A stretch of 64,000 bases of DNA from positions 36,330 to 100,329 of the forward strand of contig JAVVDU010000003.1 in the NCBI GenBank assembly GCA_032251515.1, in the 5' to 3' direction. The translations under genes and the position numbers were made by a program. Positions 8,449 to 18,512 of this stretch are shown here, in pieces. The notes beneath the pieces are model-generated. The model ran no database searches and had not been told where the DNA came from. It saw only the letters and a program-made list of their open reading frames with translations. The number at the start of each line of letters is the position of its first letter. Position 1 is the first letter of the stretch. The DNA is from Gemmatimonadota bacterium (GTDB taxonomy: Bacteria; Gemmatimonadota; Gemmatimonadetes; Palauibacterales; Palauibacteraceae).

Positions 8449-11400
8449 TTGAGGGGGAGGCCTGCCGGCCCGGGGCGGCGTGCGTCGTACGCCCGGGTCG
8501 TCCGCCCCATCCGCATCACCGTCGCCGCGGCGGCAGGTCTGCTGCTGCCGGTCGCTCCGCTGACGGCGCAGGTAACCGACACTCTTCCGGCGCCGGTCAC
8601 CGACACCCTGCCGGCGCCGGAGGGCGTCCAGGGCGAGGCCCCGGAGCAGGTGCAGGAGAGCCCTCCGTCCTCCGGCCTCGCGTTCGGCCTGGGCCGCATC
8701 CCGTTTCCCTGGCGGGTGGAAAGCCGTCCCCGCGGGCCCGCGGAGTTCCGGCCCTGGAACCTCGCGGGTGCGTGGGTCGGCGAGGAGATCCGGGCCGTGG
8801 AGAGGGGCCTGGAGGCCCGCCGCGACACCCTGTGGCTGGCGGCGCTCCGGCTCGACGTGTTGCCGCCCCGCTTCGACCGGCGCCGCTTCTACCTGACCCG
8901 GCAGACGGTCGAGGGCGAGGACCTCCCGGCTCCCGTGGCGCGGAACGAGCAGCAGATCGACATCCTTCCGGACGCCCTGCGGGGCGTGGCCGACCTGGAT
9001 GTGCAGATCGACGGCACCGGCCAGTTCAAATCGCAGTGGCAGACGTTCAGCCCCTGCACGATCGGCACGGGCCAGCAGTGCAACTCGACCGCCGTTCCGG
9101 ACATCGCGCCGGAGTTTCAGATCCGCGCCATCGCGCGCGGCACGATCTCCGAGCGGGTCCACGTGGACGTGGACTTCGACCAGACGCGCGAGTTCGATGC
9201 CACCAACAACATCAACGTGTTCTACGAGGGGAAGCCGGACGAGATCGTCTCGTTCGTCGAGCTCGGCCAGGTCTCGCTTCCCCTGCCGCGCTCGCAGTTT
9301 ATCTCGCAGGCCATACCGGCCGGGAATTTCGGGATGCGCGGCGATGCCCGGTTCGGGCCGCTGACGCTGCGGGGCGTGTTCGCCCAGCAGGAGGGAAACG
9401 TCCAGAACCGGAACGTGACGCTGGACGTGGGGGGGAGCGGAGGCGAAGAGGGCATCCTCCAGGACGTCGAGACGATTCTGGACGACGCGGGCTTCGCCAG
9501 CGGACAGTTCTTCTTCGTGCTCGACCCGCGGGACCTGCCCGACTACCCGCTGGTCGACGTCATCAACCTGCAGGGGGCCGAAGCACCCGATGCCCTGCGG
9601 CCGGTCAGCTCGATCAAGTTGTACCGGCACGAGATCACGGCGGGGCAGCCGCAGAACGTGGAATCGGGCGTGATCCAGGCCCGGGCGGTGGCGGCGCGTC
9701 CCGCCGCGGCCGACCCGGCGCTCCCGGACAGCGCGGTGTTCAGCGGCTTCTTCCGCCCGCTCGTCGAGGGCGAGGACTTCATCGTGCACCGCAGCGGCCT
9801 GTGGGTCGTGCTGCGGTCCCGGGTTCTGCGCGACGAGGCGCTCGCGGTGGCGTACGTCTCGGCCACGGGCGACTCGATCGGCGATTTCGATGCCGAGGAG
9901 AAGTTCCGGCAGTTCGCCAACACGGGCACGGGTGAGCTGCCGCGCCTCGTGCTCCTGAAGGATCCGGCCACGCACCGGCCGGGCGGCGTGACGTGGGAGC
10001 GCGAGATGCACCAGATCTACCGGATCTCCAGCTCGGACGATGTCGAGGCGGGAAGCGTCCGGCTGGTCATCTCGCAGGGACCCGTCGAATCGGGGCCGGT
10101 CGTGCGCGCCGTCGAGGGGGAGGAGTTCTCCTTCCTCGAGATCTTCGGCCTCGACGACGCTCCCCGCGACGACGTCGTGGACGATGCCCGGATCTGGCGG
10201 CCCGCGGCGTCGGGTGAGTTCGCGGGGACGAACGTCGTGAGTGGCAGCTACCTCGTCTTTCCCGCCCTGGAGCCTTTCAAGGAACCGCCGCCCATCGTCG
10301 ACGGGCGGGTTCCGGCGCTGCAGGGGAGTCCGTTTCCGCTCGCGGCGGGTGACCGGAACCTGGCCATCTACGAAGAGCCCATCGACCAGATCCGGACGAC
10401 GAGCTTCCTGTACCGGCTGAACCTCGAGTACCGGGCCCGCAGCACGCGGGCCGCCCAGTCCTTCTCGCTCGGCGCCATCGGCATCCGGCAGGGCAGCGAA
10501 CGCGTCGAGCTGAACGGCCGCGAGCTGGTGCGGGGCACGGACTATTCGATCGACTACGAGATCGGCCAGCTGACTCTGCTCCGACCGGCCGAACTCACTG
10601 CGGGCGCCCAGAATCCGTCTCTCGACGTCCGGTTCGAGCAGAAGCCGATCTTCGACATCCAGCAGCGGAGCATCTTCGGCCTGACGGGCACGTGGGAGCT
10701 CGGGCAGCTCGGGGCGATCGAGTTCGTGGGGCTCAGCCAGCAGGAGGGCTCGATCCTCAACCGCCCGGAGCTGGGCCTGGAGCCGGGCGGCGTGCAGCTG
10801 GGCGGCGTGATGGCGCGGCTCGACTTCGGTTCGGCCGCCCTCGACCGGTTCGCCAACGCGCTGCCGGGCATCCGGTCCGACGTAGAGTCCCGGGTCCGCT
10901 TCGACGGGGAAGTCGCGGGATCCAGTCCCACCACGAACCGGCGCGGCACGACCTTCGTGGACGACTTCGAGGGCACGTCGCGGCTCCGTCTCGGGCTCTC
11001 CGGACGGTCCTGGCTGTTCGGCTCCCTGCCGTCGAGTCCCGAGCTCGACGGAGACTTCGACTTCCTCCCTGCCTCGCCCGATGCGACGAATCGTCTGAGC
11101 GCGGTGTGGCAGTCGCAGTGGCTCGAGGCGGGGCTCGTCCGAGGGCCCCTGCTGGTGCGCCAGATCGACCCGGCGCTGCGGGTCCTGAACGCGAACTCCA
11201 CCGAGACGGTCCTGTGGACGACGCTCCGCGACCCGCCCGGAACGGGGGAGAACGGTTGGGCGTCGCTCACCACGGTCCTCTCGGAGTCGGGGATCGACCT
11301 CACGACATCCGAGTTCCTCGAGTTCTACGCGAGCACCCTCGGCGAGGAGGGCGAACGCGTCGCGATGATCATCGACATCGGCACGGTGTCGGAAGATGCG

Positions 11401-14400
11401 TTCGTGCTCGACTCGCTCGGCCTGCCGGCCGGTGCCGGCGTCCTCGACCAGGAGGCGGACCCGCTGGTCGGCGTGTGGGGCAACCCGGACGACACGGGCA
11501 TCTGGGACCAGGGATGCGTCGCCACGCCCAGCCAGACCGCCTATCCGCTCGGTGACCCGCTGGCCGTGTGCACGAACCAGAACGGGCTGGAGGACAGCGA
11601 GGACCTGAATCGCGACAGCTTCCTGAACCGCGACGAGCGGTTCGTGCGCTACGTGGTGCCTCTCAACCTTCCGTCGCGCTTCCTCGTGCGGCAGACGTTC
11701 GGCGAGTTCCAGTTCGGTCTGTACCGCGTGCCGCTTCGCCTCCCGGACCACGTGGTGGGGGGCACCCTGGAGTCCCAGCAGCAGAACGTCCGGCACGTGC
11801 GCGTGACCTTGGTCAGCGACCGCCAGGTCACGGTGCTGCTCTCCCGCATGGAGTTCACCGGCTCCTCCTGGCTGAAGCGGGGCGGCTCGGGCAGCGTCAC
11901 GGGAGTGGCGGGCGACACGCCCGGTACCGCGGGGCAGGTGCTCGTGGGGCCGATCTCGACCACCGACGCCCGTTACGTCTCTCCGCCGGGCATCTTCAAC
12001 CAGGCGGCCCAGGCCACCGATGATCTCACGCTGTCGTCCCAGACGATCAACGAGCAGTCCCTGCGCCTCTCCTTCACGGACATTCCCGCCGGCGAGCGGG
12101 TCGAGGTGTTCCGCCGTTTCTCCGAGCGGCCGCGGGACTTCCTCACGTACCGCCGGCTGCGGGCCTGGGCCGTCGCCGTGGAGGGTCAGTTCGGGGCCAC
12201 GGCGCCGCTTCGTCTGACGCTCCGGCTCGGCTTCGATGCGAACAACTTCTACCTGTACCGGGCACCGCTCGAGAGCGCCCAGGGGACCGTGTCCCAGCAG
12301 AGCTGGCTTCCGGAGCAGCTGGTGGACATCGAGCGCTGGATCGCCCTGCGCGCCGAGGCCGAGCGCCGACTCCTCGAGTCCGGCGCGGCGATTCCGGCCG
12401 ACTCGTCTCTCGTGGTGTGGGACGTCGACCTGTTCCCGGACGCGGACAGCACGCTCGCCGTGGTGATCGGCGACCGATCCCGGGCACCCAACCTCGCGGC
12501 GATTCGCGAGCTGGCGATCGGGGTGGAGAACCTCGGCGACGCGCCGGTGGGGGCGGGAGAGGTCTGGATCGACGACCTCCGTCTCGACCAGGCGGCGGAC
12601 GAGTCCGGCAACGCGTTGCGCGGGAACCTGCAGATCGACCTGGCCGACGTGATCTCGCTGCAGGGCCAGGCGAGCCGCCGGAATCCCTTCTACCGGCAGC
12701 TCGGAGACTCGCCGCCGTTCGAGTCCACGTCGGACGCATCGACTCGCGTCAGCGCGAAGCTGGGACGCTTCCTGCCGGCGTCGCTCGGGCTCGCGATTCC
12801 GTTCGAGTACCAGTACGGCCGGATCTCCAACGACCCGTTCTTCCTGTCCCAGACGGACGTGCTCGCCGAGGAGATACCAGGTCTCCGCACGCCGCTCAGC
12901 ACCCAGAAGCGGCTGAACCTGGGGCTGTTCAAGGAGACCCCGTCGCAGGGCTGGCTCGCGCGGTCCACGATCGACGGCCTCCGGCTCGGCTACACGTGGC
13001 GCTCCTCGGATGCCCGGGCGACCCAGACGCTGGCTGAGGGGTCGGGGTGGAACGCGGTCGCCTCCTGGTCCCGGCCGGTGGCCGACGCGTCCTTTCCGCT
13101 CCTGCCGGGATTCCTGCGCGCGGCGATCGACGGGCTCCCGGACTTCCTGTCCGAGAGCTCGCTGCTGAAGAACCTGCGGGACCTGCGCTTCCGCTGGACG
13201 CCGCGGGATCTCCGGTTCGGCGCCAGCCTCGCGAAGAGCACCGACCGGCGGTTCCGCTTCCAGTCGAGCGTGTCGCGGGAAGAGGATGCGGCGCAGACCC
13301 CCGCGGTGGACCGGCAGCAGATCCTGTCGCCGAACGCCGGCATCCAGCTCCAGCCGTTCCCGTCCGTCGTCTGGGGCCTTTCGTTCAGCTCCGCCCGCGA
13401 CCTGGTGGATCCGGCCTTCAGGGTCGGCGGTCCGCAGGCGGTCGGCATCCTCGAGTCGGAATCCGGCAGCCTGCTGGGGTTCGACACGGGCTGGGAGACG
13501 AGCCGGAGCGTCCGGACGAACCTGTCCTGGCAGCCGGACCTCGCGTCCTGGTTCTCGCCGCGGTTCACGCTGAATACGAATTACCGCAGCGCCCGGAACA
13601 CCTCTTATCTCGAGCCGGTGGCCGGCGACACGACGCTGCTCCGGGACGTCGCGATGGACCGTGACATGGCGCTGAACGTGGATGTGCGCCCGACCGACCT
13701 GGCTGACGCCCTGGGGGTACCGGATGGCCGGCGGGCGACCGGGTTCTGGGACGGGTTCCGGGAAGTGTGGGACCGGATCCAGTCGGTCCGGGTCGACTGG
13801 CAACGCGCGGTAAACACGAGCTTCGACCGGCGCGACCTGGACCCGTCGTTCGGCGACCAGCTCGTGCTGTCAGGGTTCTCGTCCCTCCGCATCGTGGGGG
13901 CCGACACGGCCTCCGCGGCGGGCGACGCGCGTCGCTGGTCGGTGCGGGGCGGCTACCGCCTGCCGTTCGACCTCGACTCGGAGGTGAACTACAGCGAATC
14001 GGAGAACGAGACCCTGACCCCCCGCAGCCTGCGCAATTCCCGGGACGTGGACTGGCCGTGGGTGAGCCTCCGGTGGCGGAGCGTACCGGTTCCCGGCGCC
14101 CTCGACGATGTCGTGCGGAACGTCAGCCTGACGGGGACGTGGCGCGACCGCGACCGGACCATCACCACCACGACCGGCCAGGACCAGGGCGTCCGCACCC
14201 TCACGCGGTCCGTGAACGTGATGATGCTGTTCGCGAACGGCTTCAACGTGAGCTACCAGTTCGACGACTCGCAGACCGACCGGTCCGACCAGACCGGGAG
14301 CGGGGAGTCGGATCGCACGGGCCACAGCGTACGGGCCACGGGAACGGTGCCCGCGCCCGGGTTCCTCGCGTTCGTGAAACGTCCGCTGCGCGTCTCGGCC

Positions 14401-14688
14401 GAATACTCGCGCAACCTCAACTTCGATTGCCGGGAGCTGGGCGGGGCGGGGTTCGTGAGCGCGATTCCCGGCCTCGGCGGCGACTGCACCGCGCACGTGG
14501 ACCAGACGACCCAGAGCGCCGCTTTGACGATCGACTCGGACTTCGAGGGCTACTCGCTGGGGGTCCAGCTGAGCTGGGCGAACCGCGGCAGCGCCGTGGG
14601 CCGGCGGCAGGAGTCGAACCAGTTCAACCTGAACATCTTCGGCCGGTTCTTCCTGCGCTCCGACTCCGGGGCGCTCGTGGATCGCTGA
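8449..14688 (+). CDS. sprA: SprA/Sov-like giant outer-membrane protein (type IX secretion translocon family)
   Basis: About 2080 aa. TTG at 8449 gives a signal peptide (...IRITVAAAAGLLLPVAPLTAQ). GC3 is low between 8320 and 8449 and high afterwards. The N-terminal segment FYEGKPDEIVSFVELGQVSLPLPRSQFISQAIPAGNFGMRGDARFGPLTLRGVFAQQEGN matches, from memory, the conserved SprA N-terminal pattern. The rest is long and beta-rich, ending in an aromatic-rich beta-barrel-like tail. Confidence 0.7.
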   Translation: MRGRPAGPGRRASYARVVRPIRITVAAAAGLLLPVAPLTAQVTDTLPAPVTDTLPAPEGVQGEAPEQVQESPPSSGLAFGLGRIPFPWRVESRPRGPAEFRPWNLAGAWVGEEIRAVERGLEARRDTLWLAALRLDVLPPRFDRRRFYLTRQTVEGEDLPAPVARNEQQIDILPDALRGVADLDVQIDGTGQFKSQWQTFSPCTIGTGQQCNSTAVPDIAPEFQIRAIARGTISERVHVDVDFDQTREFDATNNINVFYEGKPDEIVSFVELGQVSLPLPRSQFISQAIPAGNFGMRGDARFGPLTLRGVFAQQEGNVQNRNVTLDVGGSGGEEGILQDVETILDDAGFASGQFFFVLDPRDLPDYPLVDVINLQGAEAPDALRPVSSIKLYRHEITAGQPQNVESGVIQARAVAARPAAADPALPDSAVFSGFFRPLVEGEDFIVHRSGLWVVLRSRVLRDEALAVAYVSATGDSIGDFDAEEKFRQFANTGTGELPRLVLLKDPATHRPGGVTWEREMHQIYRISSSDDVEAGSVRLVISQGPVESGPVVRAVEGEEFSFLEIFGLDDAPRDDVVDDARIWRPAASGEFAGTNVVSGSYLVFPALEPFKEPPPIVDGRVPALQGSPFPLAAGDRNLAIYEEPIDQIRTTSFLYRLNLEYRARSTRAAQSFSLGAIGIRQGSERVELNGRELVRGTDYSIDYEIGQLTLLRPAELTAGAQNPSLDVRFEQKPIFDIQQRSIFGLTGTWELGQLGAIEFVGLSQQEGSILNRPELGLEPGGVQLGGVMARLDFGSAALDRFANALPGIRSDVESRVRFDGEVAGSSPTTNRRGTTFVDDFEGTSRLRLGLSGRSWLFGSLPSSPELDGDFDFLPASPDATNRLSAVWQSQWLEAGLVRGPLLVRQIDPALRVLNANSTETVLWTTLRDPPGTGENGWASLTTVLSESGIDLTTSEFLEFYASTLGEEGERVAMIIDIGTVSEDAFVLDSLGLPAGAGVLDQEADPLVGVWGNPDDTGIWDQGCVATPSQTAYPLGDPLAVCTNQNGLEDSEDLNRDSFLNRDERFVRYVVPLNLPSRFLVRQTFGEFQFGLYRVPLRLPDHVVGGTLESQQQNVRHVRVTLVSDRQVTVLLSRMEFTGSSWLKRGGSGSVTGVAGDTPGTAGQVLVGPISTTDARYVSPPGIFNQAAQATDDLTLSSQTINEQSLRLSFTDIPAGERVEVFRRFSERPRDFLTYRRLRAWAVAVEGQFGATAPLRLTLRLGFDANNFYLYRAPLESAQGTVSQQSWLPEQLVDIERWIALRAEAERRLLESGAAIPADSSLVVWDVDLFPDADSTLAVVIGDRSRAPNLAAIRELAIGVENLGDAPVGAGEVWIDDLRLDQAADESGNALRGNLQIDLADVISLQGQASRRNPFYRQLGDSPPFESTSDASTRVSAKLGRFLPASLGLAIPFEYQYGRISNDPFFLSQTDVLAEEIPGLRTPLSTQKRLNLGLFKETPSQGWLARSTIDGLRLGYTWRSSDARATQTLAEGSGWNAVASWSRPVADASFPLLPGFLRAAIDGLPDFLSESSLLKNLRDLRFRWTPRDLRFGASLAKSTDRRFRFQSSVSREEDAAQTPAVDRQQILSPNAGIQLQPFPSVVWGLSFSSARDLVDPAFRVGGPQAVGILESESGSLLGFDTGWETSRSVRTNLSWQPDLASWFSPRFTLNTNYRSARNTSYLEPVAGDTTLLRDVAMDRDMALNVDVRPTDLADALGVPDGRRATGFWDGFREVWDRIQSVRVDWQRAVNTSFDRRDLDPSFGDQLVLSGFSSLRIVGADTASAAGDARRWSVRGGYRLPFDLDSEVNYSESENETLTPRSLRNSRDVDWPWVSLRWRSVPVPGALDDVVRNVSLTGTWRDRDRTITTTTGQDQGVRTLTRSVNVMMLFANGFNVSYQFDDSQTDRSDQTGSGESDRTGHSVRATGTVPAPGFLAFVKRPLRVSAEYSRNLNFDCRELGGAGFVSAIPGLGGDCTAHVDQTTQSAALTIDSDFEGYSLGVQLSWANRGSAVGRRQESNQFNLNIFGRFFLRSDSGALVDR

Positions 14689-14765
14689 GTCGCGGCGCGC
14701 GACGCTCTCCGCATTCCCTCTTCTTGAGGCCGTGTTGACGTGACGGGGGCATACGTCCCCGTGAC

Positions 14766-15404
14766 ATGCTCCACCTGAACCGCACCGACCGGAAGTCGCT
14801 GGCCACGGCCACGGCGATCGTGCTCGCCGGCACGGCGCTGCGCCTCGGGCTCGGCCCCACACCCTCGCCCGGCGGCTGGGTTCCGGCCGGGAATGCGTCG
14901 GCCGGTCCGGCCTCCCCGGCCGGCCTTCGCGACTCCGTAGAGGCGGCCCTGCAGGAGGAGGAGCGCGCCTCGCGCCCCCTGGCCGCCGGCGAACGGCTGG
15001 ACCCGAACTTCGCGGATGCCGTCGAGCTCCGGCGCCTGCCCGGCCTCGGCCCCGCGAAGGCGGAGGCGATCGTGCGCGACCGCCGGGCGCGGGGGCCGTT
15101 CCGGTTTCTCGAGGACCTGGAGCGCGTACCGGGCCTCGGGACCACGACCGTTACGCGTCTCGCGCCCCACCTCGCCCTCACGCGGCGGCCGCCGGGCGTC
15201 GACTCCACGCCCGGCCCCGTGGACCTGAACCGCGCGTCCGCGGACGACCTGGCGGGCCTTCCCGGAGTGGGGCCGGCGATCGCGCGCCGCATCGTCGCGC
15301 ACCGGGCCCGCCGCCCGTTCCGGTCCGTCGATGAGCTGCTCGACGTGGCCGGCATAGGACCCGTCACTCTGGAGAAACTCCGGACCCGCGTGCAGGTCCG
15401 CTGA
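14766..15404 (+). CDS. comEA: ComEA-like DNA-binding competence protein with two tandem helix-hairpin-helix modules
   Basis: N-terminal TM segment (SLATATAIVLAGTALRLGL), then two ComEA-type modules: AVELRRLPGLGPAKAEAIVRDRRARGPFRFLEDLERVPGLGTTTVTRL and LNRASADDLAGLPGVGPAIARRIVAHRARRPFRSVDELLDVAGIGPVTLEKL. Confidence 0.75.
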   Translation: MLHLNRTDRKSLATATAIVLAGTALRLGLGPTPSPGGWVPAGNASAGPASPAGLRDSVEAALQEEERASRPLAAGERLDPNFADAVELRRLPGLGPAKAEAIVRDRRARGPFRFLEDLERVPGLGTTTVTRLAPHLALTRRPPGVDSTPGPVDLNRASADDLAGLPGVGPAIARRIVAHRARRPFRSVDELLDVAGIGPVTLEKLRTRVQVR

Positions 15405-15601
15405 TCGCCGGGCCCGGACCATGTACTACGTAAGTAGCAGTGGCAGAGGGGTTTGAACGACGCCGCGATTACGGGATGAGCCGGGCACGCTCCTTGCCCG
15501 AAGGAGACCCGACGACCCGCCGGCCCGCCACGCGGGAACGCGGCCGGGGGCGGCGACGGAACGGCGGCACGGACTGCGACACTCGCGACAGAACGGACGA
15601 A

Positions 15602-17314
15602 ATGGCTTCCACGGCCCTCGGACACGATCCCCTCGGCGAGCTCCTGGTTCGCGAGAACCTGATCAGTCGAGCCGACCTCGAGCGGGCTCTCGGAGAGCAG
15701 AAGCAGAACGGCGCCCGACTCGGCTTCACCCTGGTCGCGAACGGGGCCGTCTCGGAGGGGGACCTGACCCGCCTCCTGAGCCGGCAGTACCGGGTGCCCG
15801 CCGTCAATCTCGACGCCGTCGAGGTGGATCCGAGGATCCTGAAGCTCGTCCCGGCCGACTTCGCCAGCAAGCACCTCGTCCTGCCCCTGCGCCGGGTGGG
15901 CCGCACGCTCACCGTGGCGATGGCGAGCCCGTCCGACCTGGGAGTGATCGATGACCTGAAGTTCATCACCCGCTTCGATATCGAGGCCGTCGTAGCGGGC
16001 GAGTACTCGCTGCGCCAGGCGATCGACCGCTACTACGAAGTCTCGACCGATCGGCTCGGCGAGCTGCTCGAGGAGCTGGAAGAGCAGGACGTGGAGGTCG
16101 TGGAGGACGAGGAGGAGATCCTCTCCACGAGCCAGCTCCAGGCGCAGGTGGAGGAAGCGCCCGTCGTCCGGCTGATCAACGGCCTGCTGACCGACGCCGT
16201 GCGACGCGGCGCTTCCGACATCCACATCGAGCCGTACGAAAAGGAGATGCGCGTCCGCTACCGCATCGACGGCGCGCTGCAGGAGATCATGACGCCGCCG
16301 TACCGCATGAAGGCGGCCCTCATCTCCCGCGTCAAGATCCTCGCCGACCTGAACATCGCGGAGCGGCGCGTCCCGCAGGACGGGCGCATCAAGCTGAAGA
16401 TCGGCAACCGGGTGATCGACTTCCGCGTGTCGACCCTCCCCACGCTGTTCGGCGAGAAGATCGTGCTGCGGATTCTCGACAAGGGGAACCTCGCGCTCGA
16501 CCTCGAGAAGTTCGGCATGGAGCCGAAGGCCGAGAAGGACTTCCTGAACGCGATCGCCAGCCCCTACGGCATGGTCCTGGTGACCGGGCCCACCGGATCG
16601 GGGAAGACGACCACCCTGTACAGCGCCCTCAGCCGGATCAACACCGAGGGCGTGAACATCATGACGGCCGAGGACCCGGTCGAGTACAACCTGAAGGGGA
16701 TCAACCAGGTCCAGGTGCGCTCCGAGATCGGCATGACCTTCGCCGCCGCGCTGCGCGCCTTCCTGCGACAGGACCCGAACATCGTGATGGTGGGAGAGAT
16801 CCGGGACCTGGACACCGGGAGCATCGCCGTCAAGGCGGCGCTCACCGGCCACCTCGTGCTCTCCACGCTGCACACGAACGACGCCGCCTCGACGGTCACC
16901 CGCATGGTGGACATGGGAATAGAGCCGTTCAACGTGGCGTCGGCGGTGAACCTGATCACGGCTCAGCGGCTCGTCCGGCGGATCTGCAACTCGTGCAAGG
17001 TCGAGGCGACCTATCTGCCGGAGGTGCTCGAGACCACGGGCCTGTCGTCCGAGGAGGCCGCGGCGGAGGTGTTCTACCGCGGCGAGGGCTGCGACGCCTG
17101 CGCCGGCTCCGGCTACGCGGGACGCCAGGGCCTGTACGAGGTGATGCCCATGACCGCGTCGCTGCGCCGGATGGTGCTGCAGGGGGCGTCGGCCGCGGAC
17201 ATGAAGGAACAGGCGGTGAGCGAGGGGATGCTGACCCTCCGGACCGACGGCCTCGTCAAGGTGAAGCGGGGCGTCACCACGCTGGAGGAAGTGCTGAAGG
17301 AGACGTCGCTCTGA
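15602..17314 (+). CDS. pilB: Type IV pilus assembly ATPase PilB (GspE family)
   Basis: ATG at 15602 (MASTALGHDPLGELLV) inside ORF 15440..17314. T2SSE N-terminal domain, Walker A GPTGSGKTTTLYS, and a tetracysteine motif (CNSCK...CDACAGSGYAGRQG). Confidence 0.9.
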   Translation: MASTALGHDPLGELLVRENLISRADLERALGEQKQNGARLGFTLVANGAVSEGDLTRLLSRQYRVPAVNLDAVEVDPRILKLVPADFASKHLVLPLRRVGRTLTVAMASPSDLGVIDDLKFITRFDIEAVVAGEYSLRQAIDRYYEVSTDRLGELLEELEEQDVEVVEDEEEILSTSQLQAQVEEAPVVRLINGLLTDAVRRGASDIHIEPYEKEMRVRYRIDGALQEIMTPPYRMKAALISRVKILADLNIAERRVPQDGRIKLKIGNRVIDFRVSTLPTLFGEKIVLRILDKGNLALDLEKFGMEPKAEKDFLNAIASPYGMVLVTGPTGSGKTTTLYSALSRINTEGVNIMTAEDPVEYNLKGINQVQVRSEIGMTFAAALRAFLRQDPNIVMVGEIRDLDTGSIAVKAALTGHLVLSTLHTNDAASTVTRMVDMGIEPFNVASAVNLITAQRLVRRICNSCKVEATYLPEVLETTGLSSEEAAAEVFYRGEGCDACAGSGYAGRQGLYEVMPMTASLRRMVLQGASAADMKEQAVSEGMLTLRTDGLVKVKRGVTTLEEVLKETSL

Positions 17315-17363
17315 GCCGCCGGCCGGAGCGCGCCACGGAAACCCGGGACGAACGGAACGGATC

Positions 17364-18476
17364 GTGATCACGACGAACGAAAGCGGATCGCCGACCCTGC
17401 GGGGCCTCCTCGAGGAGATGATCGAGAAGGGAGCCTCCGACCTGCACCTGTCGGCGGGCGAGGCGCCCAAGCTCCGGATCGACGGCCGCCTGACCGACAG
17501 CGACCGGCGGCAGCAGCTCACGCCGCGGGACACCGAGACCCTCGCGTACTCGGTGCTCACCGAGCAGCAGAAGAAGCGGTTCGAGCAGGAGGACGAGCTC
17601 GACCTGTCCTTCTCGGTGCAGAACCTGTCCCGGTTCCGCGGCAACGTCTACCGGCAGCGCGGCACCGTGGCCATGGCCATCCGGCAGATCCCGTTCGAGA
17701 TTCTGTCGTTCCAGGAGCTGAACCTGCCTCCCGTCGTCGCGACCCTCGCCGAGCGGCCGCGCGGGCTCGTCCTGGTGACCGGGCCCACGGGCTCGGGCAA
17801 GTCGACCACGCTGGCCGCGATGATCGACAAGATCAACCGGGAGCGGACGGGCCACATCGTGACGGTCGAGGACCCGATCGAGTTCGTGCACCGCCACAAG
17901 AACTGCCTCGTGAACCAGCGCGAAGTGGGCAGCGACACGGGCTCCTTCGCCCAGGCGCTCAAGTACGTCCTCCGGCAGGATCCCGACGTGATCCTGGTCG
18001 GCGAGATGCGGGACCTCGAGACCGTGCAGGCGGCCCTGACCATCGCCGAGACCGGGCACCTGGCCCTCGCCACGTTGCACACGAACTCGGCCGCCGAGTC
18101 GATCAACCGGATCATCGACGTGTTCCCGTCGCACCAGCAGACGCAGGTCCGGGCCCAGCTCGCCTTCGTGCTCGAAGGCGTGGTGACGCAGCTCCTCCTG
18201 CCCCGCCGGGGCGGGCGCGGCCGCGTCGTGGCGTGCGAGGTCCTCGTGACCACGCCCGCGGTCCGCTCCCTGATCCGCGACGACAAGGTGCACCAGATCT
18301 ACTCGACCATGCAGGCCGGAAAGAAGTTCGGGATGCAGACGCTGAACGACGCGCTCTACTCCCTCTACATGCGCGACGAAGTCACGCTGGAGGAGTGCCT
18401 GCGCATCAGCTCCGACCCGATCGAGTTCAAGCGGATGGTGGGCGAGGTGGACGCGCCCGTCGCCGCCGTCCGCTGA
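17364..18476 (+). CDS. pilT: Twitching-motility retraction ATPase PilT
   Basis: GASDLHLSAGEAPKLRIDG, Walker A GPTGSGKSTTLAAMID and ATLHTNSAAESINRIID. The ~370-aa length is typical of PilT. Confidence 0.9.
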   Translation: MITTNESGSPTLRGLLEEMIEKGASDLHLSAGEAPKLRIDGRLTDSDRRQQLTPRDTETLAYSVLTEQQKKRFEQEDELDLSFSVQNLSRFRGNVYRQRGTVAMAIRQIPFEILSFQELNLPPVVATLAERPRGLVLVTGPTGSGKSTTLAAMIDKINRERTGHIVTVEDPIEFVHRHKNCLVNQREVGSDTGSFAQALKYVLRQDPDVILVGEMRDLETVQAALTIAETGHLALATLHTNSAAESINRIIDVFPSHQQTQVRAQLAFVLEGVVTQLLLPRRGGRGRVVACEVLVTTPAVRSLIRDDKVHQIYSTMQAGKKFGMQTLNDALYSLYMRDEVTLEECLRISSDPIEFKRMVGEVDAPVAAVR

Positions 18477-18512
18477 CGGAACCGACACCCGGGCCGCCCG
18501 GAGAAGAGTCCC

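Noticed and set aside
5482-13803. 2773-aa ORF on the minus strand, the longest ORF in the track.
   Set aside because: Only its last 408 aa (5482-6708) are a real protein (Kbl). The rest is an Arg/Pro/Gly-rich, low-complexity translation antisense to the TonB-like and sprA genes. Stop-free antisense frames of this kind are expected at about 70% GC.
15455-15475. TGGCAGaggggTTTGA upstream of pilB as a possible second sigma-54 promoter.
   Set aside because: The -12 region reads TTTGA, so the GC dinucleotide at the required spacing from the -24 GG is missing. It does not meet the GG-N10-GC rule.
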